NCBI RefSeq assembly: GCF_020745735.1
Contig: NC_083412.1
Location: 24,059,181-24,123,180, forward strand
Length of the DNA stretch: 64,000 nucleotides
Reading direction: 5' to 3'
Origin: Hemiscyllium ocellatum
Lineage: Eukaryota
Within the stretch, counting starts at the first letter, position 1, and the number at the start of each line of letters is the position of its first letter. The notes below the pieces were generated by a model. The model was not told the DNA's origin. It was given only the letters and a program-made list of their open reading frames with translations, and ran no database searches. A program made the translations under genes and the position numbers. Shown one piece after another: positions 23,009-35,882 of this stretch.

Positions 23009-23653
23009 TCAGACATATTCTGTTTTGTGCCACAGAGCTCTCTTCACAGGTAGTGGTTGCAGCTGGAGGTTCCCCTCGGATTGGCGAAAGCAGCACTGGG
23101 ATGTGATTAGCAGGAGGCCTCCGAAGACAAGAAGGAAGCCACCCAACCACCCGATGAACAAGGCTGGGCCAAACTCCCACCGCGGCACAAACTCGGGGAC
23201 GGCAGTATCCCAGAAGTTGACCACGGTCAGGTGGGCCATGTAGGAGACCGGGGCGAGGGTTGTAATTCCAGCGAGCAGGAAGGACACTCCCCCGCCGACG
23301 GCTAACCTCCCCTTGGTGGTCTCCTGGTCACTGCAGCAAGTGATGGAGTCCAATCCGGACAGGGTGAAGAGCAAGGCCAACAGACCGAGCGCCACGGAGA
23401 CGCACATGAGAATCCGAGTGAGCTGGATGTCGTCTGGCATGCCCAGGAGGCTGTCGTACGCTTTGCACTGGACCGGACCCTCGTCCTGGGCCACACACGT
23501 TTCCCACATGCCAACAAAGAATATCTCGCTCTGCAGCAAGTCGGTGTTCCTGGTCAGCCACTGAGGCAGCACCGTCGCTGCCAAAGAGCAGATCCAGCCA
23601 AGGAGCGACAGGCAAAAGCCCGCACACTGACACTGGCACAACTTTGTACTCAT
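23009..23653 (-). CDS. Claudin-22/24/25-like (single coding exon, 214 aa from ATG 23653)
   Basis: MSTKL...LLGWICS...LPQW...GMWETCVAQDEGPVQCKAYDSLL...FWDTAVPEFVPRWEFGPALFIGW...KTEYV. W-G(L/M)W-C-C signature, the 'VPRWEFG' ECL2 typical of CLDN22/24/25, and a C-terminal YV. ATTAAA on the minus strand at 22913-22918. Confidence 0.88.
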   Translation of the reverse strand: MSTKLCQCQCAGFCLSLLGWICSLAATVLPQWLTRNTDLLQSEIFFVGMWETCVAQDEGPVQCKAYDSLLGMPDDIQLTRILMCVSVALGLLALLFTLSGLDSITCCSDQETTKGRLAVGGGVSFLLAGITTLAPVSYMAHLTVVNFWDTAVPEFVPRWEFGPALFIGWLGGFLLVFGGLLLITSQCCFRQSEGNLQLQPLPVKRALWHKTEYV

Positions 23654-24359
23654 CCCGTCAGCCCTGTGTCTCCCTGAAGGGGGCTCAGCGTCAATGGCTG
23701 CTTCCAAGGCTCTTGCATCCGTGAGACACTGCTTGAGGAATGCGGGCCTCAGCCCTGTGTTATTCCCGGACACCAAGGGCTATCTCCTTGGAACCGTCAA
23801 CCGAAACAGATCGATGGAACTCCGCTTTCCTCAGACTGGGTTTGCTCGTGAAGCTGTTATCCGGAGTGCTGGAGGATGTAAATCTGCAACAAACAATAGA
23901 TGTTGGGTTAAAACCATGTGTCTGCTCGAGGTACCTACCTGAGATTAATCAGTAATAAAGTGACAACTTGGAGTTCTGTGCTGATTGGGAAGTTTTCCAA
24001 CGTTGGGCGCAGTGAGGGCATATTGTAATGGATGGTAAAGAGCGTAGTTGTGTAATAATTAAGTTCTCTTACTTTGTTTTATTGGATTGTTGCAGAACTG
24101 CACTAACGTCAGCTTTGAAGTATAAAGTTGTTTAACGTTATGAAATATATTTTTATCTGAGCTCCTCTGATATCTCAGTTGGAAGTTGCCCATTACAGAT
24201 ATTTAACATTTCACGTGGAGAATCCCAGGCCAGTCTGATAAATAAGAGTGTAGAAATACGATTGGGGGAATTGAGCTCGGCATCTGGGGGCTACAGAAAG
24301 GAACAAGTTCCTGACATGAGTTGAAGGGTACAGTCTTGAATTGGGTTATGTAACTCAAC

Positions 24360-24665
24360 ACGGTGGCTCAGTGGTTAGCACTGCTGCCTCACAGTTCCAG
24401 GTTCGATTCCAGCCTCGGGCAACTGTCTGTATGGAGTTTGAACATTCTCCCTGTGTCTGTGTGGGTTCTGTCTGGGTGCTACCGTTTCCTCCCTCAGGAT
24501 GTGCAGGTTGGATGGATTGCCTGAGCTAAATTGCCCATAGTGTTCAGGAATGTGGCAGTTAGATGCATTAGTTAGGGGAATGGGTCTGGATGGGATGCTC
24601 TTTGGAGGATTGGTGTGACCTTGTTGGGCTGAATGGCCTCTCCCCACACTGTAAGGATTCTATGA
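24360..24665 (+). mobile_element. HE1-type V-SINE
   Basis: cggtggctcagtggttagcactgctgcctcacag...ggttcgattcc plus V-domain. Confidence 0.8.
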
Positions 24666-24754
24666 ATAATCCAGAGAAAGTTAGTTAAACTCTGGCCATG
24701 AGAATTTGACTGCAGTTTTTCATTTGAAAAGCCAGTGTTGGTAAACATGAAAGA

Positions 24755-24990
24755 AGGACAGAAATTGCTGGAAAAACTCAGCAGGTCTGGCAGCATCTGC
24801 AGAGAGAGTTAACGCATCGCGTCCTGTGACCCTTCCTCAGAACTGATGAGTAGCTCAGGAAAGGTTGGTTCCTATGCAGAAGATAGGGTGGGGAGAAGGG
24901 ATACGGAGTAAACAGTAGGTGGGGATAGAGTCTAAAGAGAGAGCAAAAGAGTTGGACAGAGAAAGGAGTGGAAATGAATAGCTGCTATGC
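24755..24990 (-). mobile_element. PLE 3' fragment (hammerhead family C); degraded relatives at about 9940-10030, 28835-28920 and 56260-56360
   Basis: gaaattgctggaaaaactcagcaggtctggcagcatctg...gacccttcctcagaactg; minus strand CTGAGGA-A-GGGTC, with the GAAA mutated. Confidence 0.6.
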
Positions 24991-25964
24991 CATTAGCTAG
25001 GGCAATCGAATGCATATTCACTGAGAATTATGAATTATTTCTTTAAACATTCCCCATTGTTTATTTATCCTCATACCTTTTAGTTGAATTTCTTATTCTA
25101 TCTTTGCCAACTCCCTCCACATACCTATGTCGTTGGTTTTATTTAGGCTAAATGCTCGAGTCTCGGATTTGAGGGTGAACAGAGACACGTGGCAACGTCA
25201 CTGTGGTCAGTAATCCAGATATTTGGATTAATGGTTTGGGATTTGAGTTCAAACCCACCACTGCAGCTAGTAGAGAATTTGAATTCAATCAATTAATAGA
25301 TTTGGATTAAAAATCCGGTCTGGTCACCATCAACCTGCTAGATTGTTAAAACACCTCAGGGTCCCACTGCCCTTACCTCATTTGACCTACATGTGACTCC
25401 AGACTCACAGCAATGCAGTTGTCTCTTAAATGCTCTCTGAAATGGCTGAACAGCTGGATCCAAAGCACAGGTGAGCATTTGGAAAAGAATAAAACTGAAA
25501 GAACCACCACGGCTTTGAGCTGGGCCCTGGAAGTGGTAGAGGAACAGCCTGCGGTCTCGACCCCGCAAAGACCACACAATAACACCTGCTGAAATTGGGA
25601 GAGCTGTCCCACAGAGCAGTCAGACAACAGCTTGACATGGTCATACTCACTGAATCAATCAGTCAATCAGCATCGCTGGATTTGACCTGAACTGGTGACA
25701 CGGTGCTACACAGTGTGGTTGGAGTTAACCTGAATGCCCTCTAAATTGACCTGGGACTCTATGACCTCTGTTGACATCAGGGCAGACAGAGATTGTAATG
25801 GAAACTCTCTGATACGTTATAGTTTTTGCACTGCCCTCAACATAAAACATCCCACCTCTGGGGGAGTTGGCTCAACACATGGCTTGTTCTGTTGGAGATG
25901 AACTGATGGAGTTTGAAAATCAAGAAAATTGTGATCATGGTAGACAGCAAGCTTTCCTGGTTTG

Positions 25965-26262
25965 ATTAGACTAACTTCCCTACAGTGTTGACACAGGCCC
26001 TTCGGCCCAACAAGTCCACACCGGCCCTCTGAAGAGCAACCCACCCAGACCCATTACCCTACACCTAACACTATGGGCAACATAGCATGACCAATTCACC
26101 TAACCTGCACATCTTTGTGGGAGGAAACTGGAGCATCCAGAGGGAACCCACACAGACACGGGGAGAATGTGCAAATTCCACACAGACAGTTGCCCGAGGC
26201 GGGAATTGAACCTGGGTCCCTGGCACTGTGAGGTAGCAGTGCTAACCACTAAGCCACCGTGA
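25965..26262 (-). mobile_element. HE1-type V-SINE
   Basis: Reverse-complement match to 21916-22233. Confidence 0.85.
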
Positions 26263-26559
26263 TACCATAGCGATCAGATGAGATGGTCATTGTAGTGAGG
26301 ACAGCATTGTATCTTGAACATCGTGTGGCATCCCTGCCTGCCATGTCATGTCTACACTCCTCACCACCCCATCCCAGCAGAGATGGGGGTTAATTGCTCA
26401 AGGACTTCAGTTGATGGTGACCGAGGGAGGTGTGGGGGGTGATGGGGTGTGAAGTTGGGAGTGTTGCTATTTGGGGGCTCCTTCAACCCCACCAACATAA
26501 TGAAGAACTCTTTCCACCTCCACCCCCAGTATTATAATAAAATGCTTAGCCATTTTATA

Positions 26560-27065
26560 GGGACCAACCTGCTATAGGAAGGATGTTATTGAACTGGAAA
26601 GGGTACAGAAACGTTTTAAAAGGATGTTACTGAGACTGGAGAGTTTGAGTTACGAGGAGAGGCTGGACAGACTGGGACTTTTTTTCCCTGCGGTGAGGAG
26701 AATTAGGGGTGACTTTATAGAAATGTATAATATTGTGAGGGGCATAAATAAAGTGAACAGCCAAGGTCTTTTTCTCAGGGTAGGGGAATAAAAAACTAGG
26801 GGGCATAGGTTTAAAGTGAAAGATGAAAGATTTAAAAGGGACCTAAGGGGCAACATTTTCACACACAGGTGGTTGCAAGCTGCCAGAGGAGGTAATAGAG
26901 GCTGGTACAATTCTAACATTTAAAAGATATTTGGACAAATACGTGAATAGGAAAGGTTTAGAGGGATATGGGCTGAATGCAGGCACATGGGACTAGTTCA
27001 GCTTGGGAAAGCTGGTCAGCACGGCCCAGTTGGGCCATGTTTCCATGCTGTATGACTCTGTGATT
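26560..27065 (+). mobile_element. CR1 LINE 3' fragment
   Basis: ctataggaaggatgttattgaactggaaagggtacagaa through to the tail ctgtatgactctgtgattct. Confidence 0.8.
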
Positions 27066-28919
27066 CTGATGTTCGTGATGCCTTTCCCTCCACATTTTGT
27101 GAACTCAGTCGATGATCTCATCAATGGGGTCTTTAGCTGAACCTCGCTCTCACTAGGCGAGTCCTTTGGTGCATTCGAGTATCGGCTGGCAAACTGAGAG
27201 TTTTTGCAGTGATTCTCTGGAGCTCCCACTGTAATCCGACATGGGACTGGTGGGAGAACCCCAGGGATGGAATCACTCAATCTGTGACTCTTTTAAAACA
27301 AACGCAGTGGGCTTTGCTCGTTCCCATCTCTGCGCCTAGGCCTCCTCAGCAAGTTTTTGGAAATTCTGCTCCTCACTTGCAGTCTTGTTCATTGTGCGTT
27401 AAGATCACCCACAGAAGTCCCTGTCTCCTGAGCATATCGATAAATTTATCCAAAATCAGGAGGTCGGCCAACCAGACCCAATGCTACAACCTGCACTCCC
27501 ATTGAGAGAGCCTCTTTACAGGTGAAATCTGTCACAATGTGCCATTTTGAAAAAAACAATCTGGTTTTATTTTTGTAGAAATGTAAACGGCATTAATGGT
27601 TCAAGATTCAGACTATAAGAATTGGTAGGATGACGAAATGGTATGCGATTCGGCTAGTGTACATTCCATCTGAAGAAATCCAGTTTCCCATATTTGCTGA
27701 TTCCGAAATGCAACCCTATCAAATTCCTCACTCCGGCAATCATTCCCAAGGTGCTTTTCTGCATTTGCCTTCACACCCTTCCCAAAGTGCATTGCTCAGA
27801 ATTGGACACCATACTCCAGTTGAGGCCGTGTCAGTATTTTAACATAACCTTCTTTGTTTCGTGGTCAATGCCCTGACTGATAGAGCCCAGGATACTGCAT
27901 GTTTATTTACTGCTCTCTCAACCTGTCTTGCGATCTTCAATGACTTCTGCAAATGTCCAGCCAAGGCGCTCTGCTCCTACACTCCCTTTAGAATCATATC
28001 CTCTATGTCTGTGAATGAATCACTTCCCATATCTCAGTATTAACCATGATCTGCCCACTCTACAAATGTGACTGTACCCTTTTTTAATATAAAATTCTCT
28101 TCATAGTTTCCAAGTTTCGTTAACATCTACAAATGTTCAACTTTGTTGTGATAAATCAAATAGTTCTGAATGAGTTTGAAAATATTAAGCCATTGCACAG
28201 TTTCATGTAGAAATTTGTACTGAATTTTGAAGAGTTGAAGTGAATGGAAATCATCCCTCTCTTGTTAAATGCATTTACAATTGTTCTTACACATTGTATT
28301 TTGCATCACAAATTGCTATGGAATAGGAGTTGTTTTCTTCCCTTGCAAGTTTCTGATTGGACTCACTTCACCGCAGACTGCTTTACTCATTCATTAATTA
28401 GTGAGATGGAATCTGTCTGGACAGTCCCCTAAATCAAATAGCAACAGGTATGACTTGAAATAAATCATTTGTGTATGTTGCTGTACAAGCATGCATGTGT
28501 GTCTGTTTGGGACAATGCTCACATTGACTCTTGATTGTGCAGTGCTCTTTATGAGTAGGCTTCACCTTGGCATCATATCCAGGAATATATTCCCAAACTG
28601 CTAAAATGTCTCTTAACAACGTGCCTCTCAGACAACTGAACAAAAGACATCATCTAGTTACATTATTAAACCCTGGTCCCATTCTATGATTCATCTCCTT
28701 TGAGACTGATGTTATGTGAAAGAGATGATCCATCGCTGGGACCTACCTGAGGTATAAGTAAACAACTGTGTGCAGGACTCACCTCAACTCCACTATCTAT
28801 TCAGCTCAGCGCTCCAGTTTTCCAATAAGCCAAAGAGAAAGTGCTGGAGAAACTCAGCTGGTCTGGCAGGATCTGTAGAAAGAGAGACAGCGTGAACACT
28901 TCGAGTCTGGTACGTCTCA

Positions 28920-29215
28920 TAGAGTCATAGAGGTCTACAGTGTGAAATCAGACCCTTCAGCCCAACTTGTCTAGGCCACCCAGTTTTCACAATTAAACTA
29001 GCCCAATTTGCCTCTAGTTGGTCCATATTCCTCCATAGCTATCCCATCCCTGCATTTGTCTAAATGCTTCTTAAATGCCAAAATTATACACATTTTGACC
29101 ACTTCCGTAAGCAGCCCGTTCCAGAAGCTCACCACCCTCTGTGTGAAAAACTACCTCTCGGGACCCTTTTGTATCTCTCCCCTCTCACTTGAAACCTATG
29201 CCCTCTGGTTCTTTC
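28920..29215 (-). mobile_element. CR1 LINE 3' end
   Basis: atagagtcatagag...accaccctctgtgtgaaaaa...ctatgccctctgg. Confidence 0.75.
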
Positions 29216-30784
29216 CAGACTTTCTCGTTCTGTCTGGTCTCTTCTTCTGAACTTTTCCTGTATGTTAAATTGGGACAGTCTGTGACAATTCACAAAACAA
29301 GTCTCTTGAAAATACCTTACCTGTTAATTATCTCTTTTTTGCAGTGGTCTCTCAATACAAAGTGTCTATTCAGACACACACACACATAGCTTTTGAACTT
29401 TCAAAGAGGTTTTTCACAAACAACCATAGGTGTTTGTGCTGTAAATGTGCTACTGGTCCGATTCACTCCCACAGGCACATTTGTCAATCAATTACCCCTC
29501 TACATTTTAGTATCTTTGGGTATAGTGCTCTATTTGAGGAACGTAGTTTATAAGGTTGAATTAAGTATCTGTGATTTTATTGACTGTTAGTATAATACAG
29601 GATTTTATCATTCCTCAGTAAACAATTGAGTAGAGTTGACTTAAATTGGGTAAGACGGGCTTTTCACATTTTGCACTGCAGTTTGACAATGCAAGTAGTA
29701 AACAACATATTTAATTGACGATTAAGGATATTGTGCACTCAAATGCACCCTGTTGTTACTGTATCTTCACAGATTTGCCTGGGAATTATCGGAGTGATTC
29801 CAGACTGATTAACAGCCCGATGGGTTGCAACTTGAATGTTTCTTCTAAGGTTGTATCTGCCTTTCTGTCAGGTGGTGTGGGGGTGGGGGTGGTATTAATC
29901 TTGCATAATGGGGGGTGGGGGAGTTTATGGTATTCCGTAGCCATCCCTGGGAGGGGAGGATGGGTGAAGGGTGACCACACACTCATCATAATCCCATAGC
30001 ATCTAAACTCGGAATTCAATGTCAGGGTTGTGGTTTGCACTGTCTGAAACTGCCAGGAGCAGTGATTGAACCCAGCAGTTTCTGACTCAGGGAGAGGAAT
30101 GCTGCTGCTGATTCAGAACCTCACTCAAGTAAATGCAAGTCAGTATTAAGGACTACGTTGTCTCAGCGTTGACAGAATTGCAAATTGTTTGTGCACATTT
30201 TACACTGACAGCGTTGCAGGATAATGGGTGTGTCCTGTAATACTCAGAAATAAACCTTATACTCAAGAACTTCAAAACTGTGTTAAATGTCCTCAAATTG
30301 CCTTTAATTACAGCTCCCAGCTTTGCTTCCCAGTAGGTTACAGAGTAATCTGACAGCGTGGGAATTCAAATCCTCAGCCAACCCATCCGAGCAAATCCCA
30401 TCCGATTGACAAAAGTCTCCAGTGTGCCAAAAACGTGCTATGTTGTAATGTTTCTGTACATCCTGTTTTTAAAGTGTGTACTTGTCTTTGTGAGCATTCT
30501 TTTCATTTTCAGGTTTGTTTTTTAAGAAGCATTCTCAGAGTGTAGGTGAAGGTGAGAAGGATGACATTTATCGCCCATCTCTCTTGAGAAGATAGCGCCA
30601 TTCTTTCTTCAGCCAATAGGCTTGCTCAATCTTAATATGGCACAAGCTTCCTTCCCTAAAGATCATTTGTGATCCAGTTTACTTTCCAACAACATTTCAA
30701 ATGACTCACACTCTATTTTACTGACAGCAGCTTTTAATTTCCAGGATTTAAAAGCTGAAGTGAAACCTTCTCTTTAATTTCAAA

Positions 30785-30807
30785 AAATGTACTTAATTCA
30801 TAAAACG

Positions 30808-30838
<31 letters not shown>

Positions 30839-31400
30839 GGTAAGTTGTCACAAACACAGTTCAGTTCTGTACAGTGGCATTTCAAGGAAACAAACAGACA
30901 TTGGAGTTTGATTCTATCCAAACAAACCGAAGGTTATAATTACCGGCATTTGAGGTATCAGGAGGGTCTCATCACTGAATGGACCCCCATTGACCTTCAG
31001 CAGGAAGACTTCAGATGGTGGTCTTTCCCCACTGCGCTTTGGCAGCAGCTGCCCCAAGCTTCAGTCCATCCCTCAGCACTAATCCTAGACCTTGGAATGT
31101 GCCAGTGTGCAACACTCAGTCAGGTCAACTCCTTACTCTGGAAGACCAACAAGTTTCGGAGAGACCAAAGAGCGTCTTTCACTGAGTTGATGGTCCTCCA
31201 GGCGCAGTCGATGTTTGTCTCGGTGTGCATCCTGGGGAACAGATCAAAGAGCACACAGTCCTGTGTCCCGGAGCTGCTCGGGGTGAACCTTGACAAGAAC
31301 CACTGCATCTCTCTCCAGACCTTCTTTGCAAAGGCACATTCCAGAAGATGTGTGACAATCCCATCCCCCACCCCACAGCCACATCGAGGACAGTGGGCAG
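30785..31400 (-). mobile_element. Tx1/L1-clade LINE 3' end (zf-RVT region)
   Basis: HCPRCGC...HLLECAFAKKVWREMQWFL...WRTINSVKDALWSLRNLLVFQ, with a (TA)n tract in the 3' UTR at about 30811-30838. Confidence 0.7.
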
Positions 31401-31432
31401 GGCCACCTGGGTGTAACAGGAAATCCTCAAAA

Positions 31433-31995
31433 TTGAGTACAGGCGTTGGGAGGTCACGTTGTGACTGTACAGAACATTGGTTGGGCCACTGTTGGAATGT
31501 TGCGTGCAATTCTGGTCTCCCTGCTACAGGGAAGGTGTGAAACTTGAAAGAGTTCAGAAAGGACTTACAAGGATGTTGCCAGAGTTGGAGTGTTTGACCT
31601 ATAGAGAGAGGTTGAATAGGCTGGGGCTGTTTTCCCTGGAGCATCAGAGGCTGAGGGGTGACCTTATAAAGGTTTATAAAATCATGAGGGGGATGGATAG
31701 GATAAACAGACAAGGTCTTTTCCCTGGGGTAGGGGGAGCCCAGCACTAGAGGGCATAGGTTTAGGGTGAGAGGGGACAAATTTAAAAGGCACCTAAGGGG
31801 GAACCTTTTGAAACAGAGGGTAGTGAATGTATGGAATGAGCTGCCAGAGGAAGTGGTGGAGGCTGGTACAATTACAACGTTTAAAAGGCATCTGGATGGG
31901 TATATGAATAGGAAGGGTTTAGAGGGATATGGGCCAAGTGCTGGCAAATGGGACTAGATTAGGTTAGGATATCTGGTTGGTGTGGACAAGTTGTT
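31433..31995 (+). mobile_element. CR1/HER1 LINE 3' fragment
   Basis: PLLECCVQFWSPCYR..LERVQK; WNELPEEVVEA. Confidence 0.88.
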
Positions 31996-33380
31996 GGAGG
32001 GAAACCTGAGGAACAGGATGTACATGTACTTGGAAAGGCAAGGACTGATTAGGGATAGTCAACATGGCTTTGTGTGTGGGAAATCGTGTCTCACAAACTT
32101 GATTGACTTTTTTTGAATAAGTAACAAAGGGGATTGATGAGGGCAGAGCGGTGGACGTGATCTATATGGACTTCAGTAAGGCGTTCGACAAGGTTCCCCA
32201 CGGGAGACTGGCTACCAAGGTTAGATCTCACAGAATACAGGGAGAACTAGCCATTTGGATAGAGAACTGGCTCAAAGGTAGAAGACAGAGGGTTGTGGTG
32301 GAGGGTTGTTTTTCAGACTGGTGGCCTGTGACCAGTGGAGTGCCACTTGGATCAGTGCTGGGTCCACTGCTTTTAATCATTTTTATAAATGATTTGGATG
32401 TGAACATAGAAGGTATAGTTAGATGGCACCAAAATCGGAGGTGTAGTGGACAGTAAAGAAGGTTACCTCAGACTAAAATGGGATCTTGATCAGATGGGCC
32501 AATGGGCTGAGGAGTTGCAGATGGAGTTTAATTCAGATAAATGCGAGGTGATGCATTTTGGAAAAGCAAATCTTAGCAGGATTTATACACTTAATGGTAA
32601 GGTCCTGGGGAGTGTTGCTGAACAAAGAGACCTTGGAGTACAGGTTCATAGTTCCTTGAAAGTGGAGTCGCAGGTAGATAGGATAGTGAGGAAGGTGTTT
32701 GGTATGCTTTCCTTTATTGGTTAGAGTATTGAGTACAGGAGTTGGGAGGTCATGTTGCGGCTGTACAGGACATTGGTTAGACCACTGTTGGAATATTGCG
32801 TGCAATTCTGGTCTCCTTCCTATCAGAGGGATGTTGTGGAACCTGAAAGAGTTCAGAAAAGATTTACAAGGATGTTGCCAGAGTTGGATGATTTGAGGTA
32901 TAGGGAGAGGTTGAATAGGCTGGGGCTGTTTTTCCTGGAGCATTGGAGGCTGAGGGGTGACCTTATAGAGGTTTATAAAATCATGAGGGACATGGATAGG
33001 ATAAATAACCAAAGACCTTTCCCTGGGTTGGGTGAGTTCAGAACTAGAGGCATAGGTTTAGGGCGAGAGGGGAAAGATATAAAAGAGACGTAAGGGCACC
33101 TTTTTCATGGAGAGGGTGGTGCGTGTATGGAATGAGTTGCCAGAGGAAGTGGTGGAGGCTGGTACAATTGCAGCATTTAAAAGGCATTTGGATGGGTATA
33201 TGAATAGGAAGGGTTTGGAGGGATATAGGCCGGGTGCTGGCAGGTGGGACTAGATTAGGTTAGAATGTTGGTCAGCATGGATGAGTTGGACCGAAGGGTC
33301 TGTTTTTGTGCTGTACATCTCTATGACTCTATGACTCTAGTGTCTCTTTCCGTGCTGTGCATCTTTATGACTCATGACTC
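31996..33380 (+). mobile_element. CR1/HER1 LINE, RT to 3' end, frameshifted
   Basis: [46 protein letters not shown]; tail (ATGACTCT)n. Confidence 0.92.
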
Positions 33381-34334
33381 TCAGCTGAAGTTAGATTGGA
33401 TCTAATGCTCTTCAGATTAACCAGTCCATACCTTAATGGCTGACCCAATCATATAAACATAGCACCATGGGAAGCAGGAGAATTCAACAGTCACAGAATC
33501 AGTGTAAAGAGGCAGTGTAGCGAGGGGGTGTGCTGTGCAGCTTGGAATGATGGCGTTTCTTGGGCACACTTCTTAAATAGGCAAATATTGTCCATAATAT
33601 TGTCAAGTCCTTCCATTTAAATAAACAGACAAATTAAAGGACCATTCCCCGTGTGGTATTGAACAAAAAAGCTACTTGTCCCTTTTATCTCTTCAGACCT
33701 TCGAGAACGAAACAGACCTCAAGATCAAATTCTCCGTGCAGCTACTGTGGCACCACTGCACTGGATGGTGAGACGCGCAATCCTCTGATTTTTTTTCTCC
33801 CATGTCGTACTAGATCACTCAAGGTCAAATGGACACAGAAAGCTGGAGACTAGCAGGAATTAAGGTGGGTTGGAGAGAAAGGTAAAAGACTGTAGGTGTA
33901 AGGAAGGCAGGGTCTGTTTTCTAACACTGCCATGAATAGTATAAAACAGGTTCCAGTCTGAGCCACATGGTTGTTATATCAGGATGGTCATGTATCGTCA
34001 TCCAAGTCTCAGCATTAGATAATTAGTTTCTTTCTGTTTAAGTTCTTTGTTTCTCTTCAATTTTATTTTATATGGACCTTTGCCATTCTTCATCAACTTC
34101 AGGGTGAGTGGCGAACATCAGGGTATACACATGAGCCAGCTACAATAGTAAGAGTTGAAGAGAATGCCTTTCCACAGAGAGGAATCGTTGGGAGTGATGG
34201 TGGCCCTACAGAGTTGGTGCTTCAGATACCCTGCAGGGATACAGACCAAATTCTGGAAAGTGGGGTTAGACTGTGCCCTTGAATGTACAATGGGCCAAGT
34301 CACCTCCTCGTAGGTATTTTTAATCAACCTGTTC

Positions 34335-35005
34335 AGTCATTGAGTCATAGAATCATAGAGCTGTACAACACAGCTTGTCCAACCTGACCAAATGGGACTA
34401 ACCTAATATAGCCCCATTTGCCAGCATTGGCCCATATCCCTCTAAACCCTTCCTATTCATATACCCATCCAGGTGCCTTTTAAATGTTGTAATTGTACCA
34501 GCCTCCACCACTTCCTCTGGCAGCTCATTCTATACATGCACCACTTTCTGTTTGAAAATGTTCCCCCTTAGGTGCCTTTTAAATCTTTCCCCTCCTATCT
34601 TCAACTTATGCCCTCTAGTTTAGGACTCCACTACCCTTGACTATTCACCCTATCCATGCCCCTCATGATTTTATGAACTTCTATAAGGCCACCCCTCAGC
34701 CTCCGATGCTCCAGAGAAAATAGCCCTAGTCTATTTATCCTCTCCCTATAGTTCAAGCCCTCCAACTCTGGCAACATCCTTGTAAATCCTTACAAGTTTC
34801 ACAACATTCTTCCAATAGGATGGAGACTAGAATTGAATACTGTATTCCAAAAGTGGCCTAACCAATGTCATATACAGCCGCAAATTGACCTCCCACCTCC
34901 TATACTCAATGCTCTGACCAATAAAGGAATCCATACCAAATGCCTTCTTCTCTATCCTATTTCCTGCAACTCCACTTTCAAGGAGCTATGAAGCTGCATT
35001 TCAAA
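34335..35005 (-). mobile_element. CR1/HER1 LINE 3' fragment
   Basis: Reverse-complement match to 32650-33340. Confidence 0.88.
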
Positions 35006-35667
35006 TGACACATCTCTGGAGTGGGTGAGAGTTGAACACATGTCCCTTGGCTCAGATAGGGAGGCGGCCACTGTACCAGCAGAGCCCTCTCTCTGCGCTG
35101 TACAGTTTCCATAATCCAAACATCACTGCCTCCCAGAGTCGCAATGTGCATTCTGCCCTCTAGGGGGCACATGGACATGTTCTTCACTCTGTGGCAACTG
35201 CTGCAGTGGATAGCAGCAGCCCTTATCCCTGGCCTTCTTGGACGTCACAAAGACCTGCAGCACTGTTAACTGTGAGGGATTAAAGAGCATCTGACTCTGT
35301 TTAGGCTGTCCCCGAACACTTGGCATTGTCCTCCGCCTGCTTCACAAGACTACAGAGATCAGATCCATTCCAAATCCGCATTCACCTTCAGACTGAGGTG
35401 GAAGAAGGCTGTGTACCTCAACAGCATGCTTCTCAAACATCCTTGCTGCTACGCTGCACCTCAGCTGCACCCCCCCCCTCCTCCCCACCACCCCACCCCC
35501 CCTCACCAACCAGTACTCTGCTGGAATGGAGTTAATCCACAGAACAAATAGGAACCTGTTCAATCACTGCTGCCTGCAGGCCACATCCAAGCTCAGCTCA
35601 TCCTCTGTCGGTGATACAGTACAGAGACAATACTTGTGTCTGCATACAGTGATTGTATTGAGGTCAG

Positions 35668-35882
35668 AGCTGCAAATGTGTTGCTGGAAAAGCACAGCAG
35701 GTCAGGCAGCATCCAAAGAACAGGAGAATCGATGTTTCAGGCATAAGCCCTTCTTTCCTGAAGAAGGGCTCATGCCAGAAACGTCGACTGTCCTGTTCCT
35801 TGGATGCTGCCTGACCTGCTGTGCTTTTCCAGCAACACATTTTCAGCTCTGATCTCCAGCATTTGCAGTCCTCACTTTCTCC
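35668..35882. mobile_element. Palindromic non-autonomous PLE-terminus element (hammerhead family A)
   Basis: Same layout as 3712-3921. TTGTATTGAGGTCAG duplicated at 35653-35667 and 35883-35897. Core CTGAAGA-A-GGGC-TCAT-GCCA-GAAAC-GTC at 35758-35785. Confidence 0.85.

Noticed and set aside
23654-23776. 41-aa N-terminal extension of the second claudin
   Set aside because: Non-ATG start. ATG 23653 has a purine at -3 and normal claudin spacing to TM1.
30845-31947. 231-aa (+) and 275-aa (-) ORFs as novel genes
   Set aside because: They are read-through of adjacent, oppositely oriented Tx1-like and CR1 fragments.
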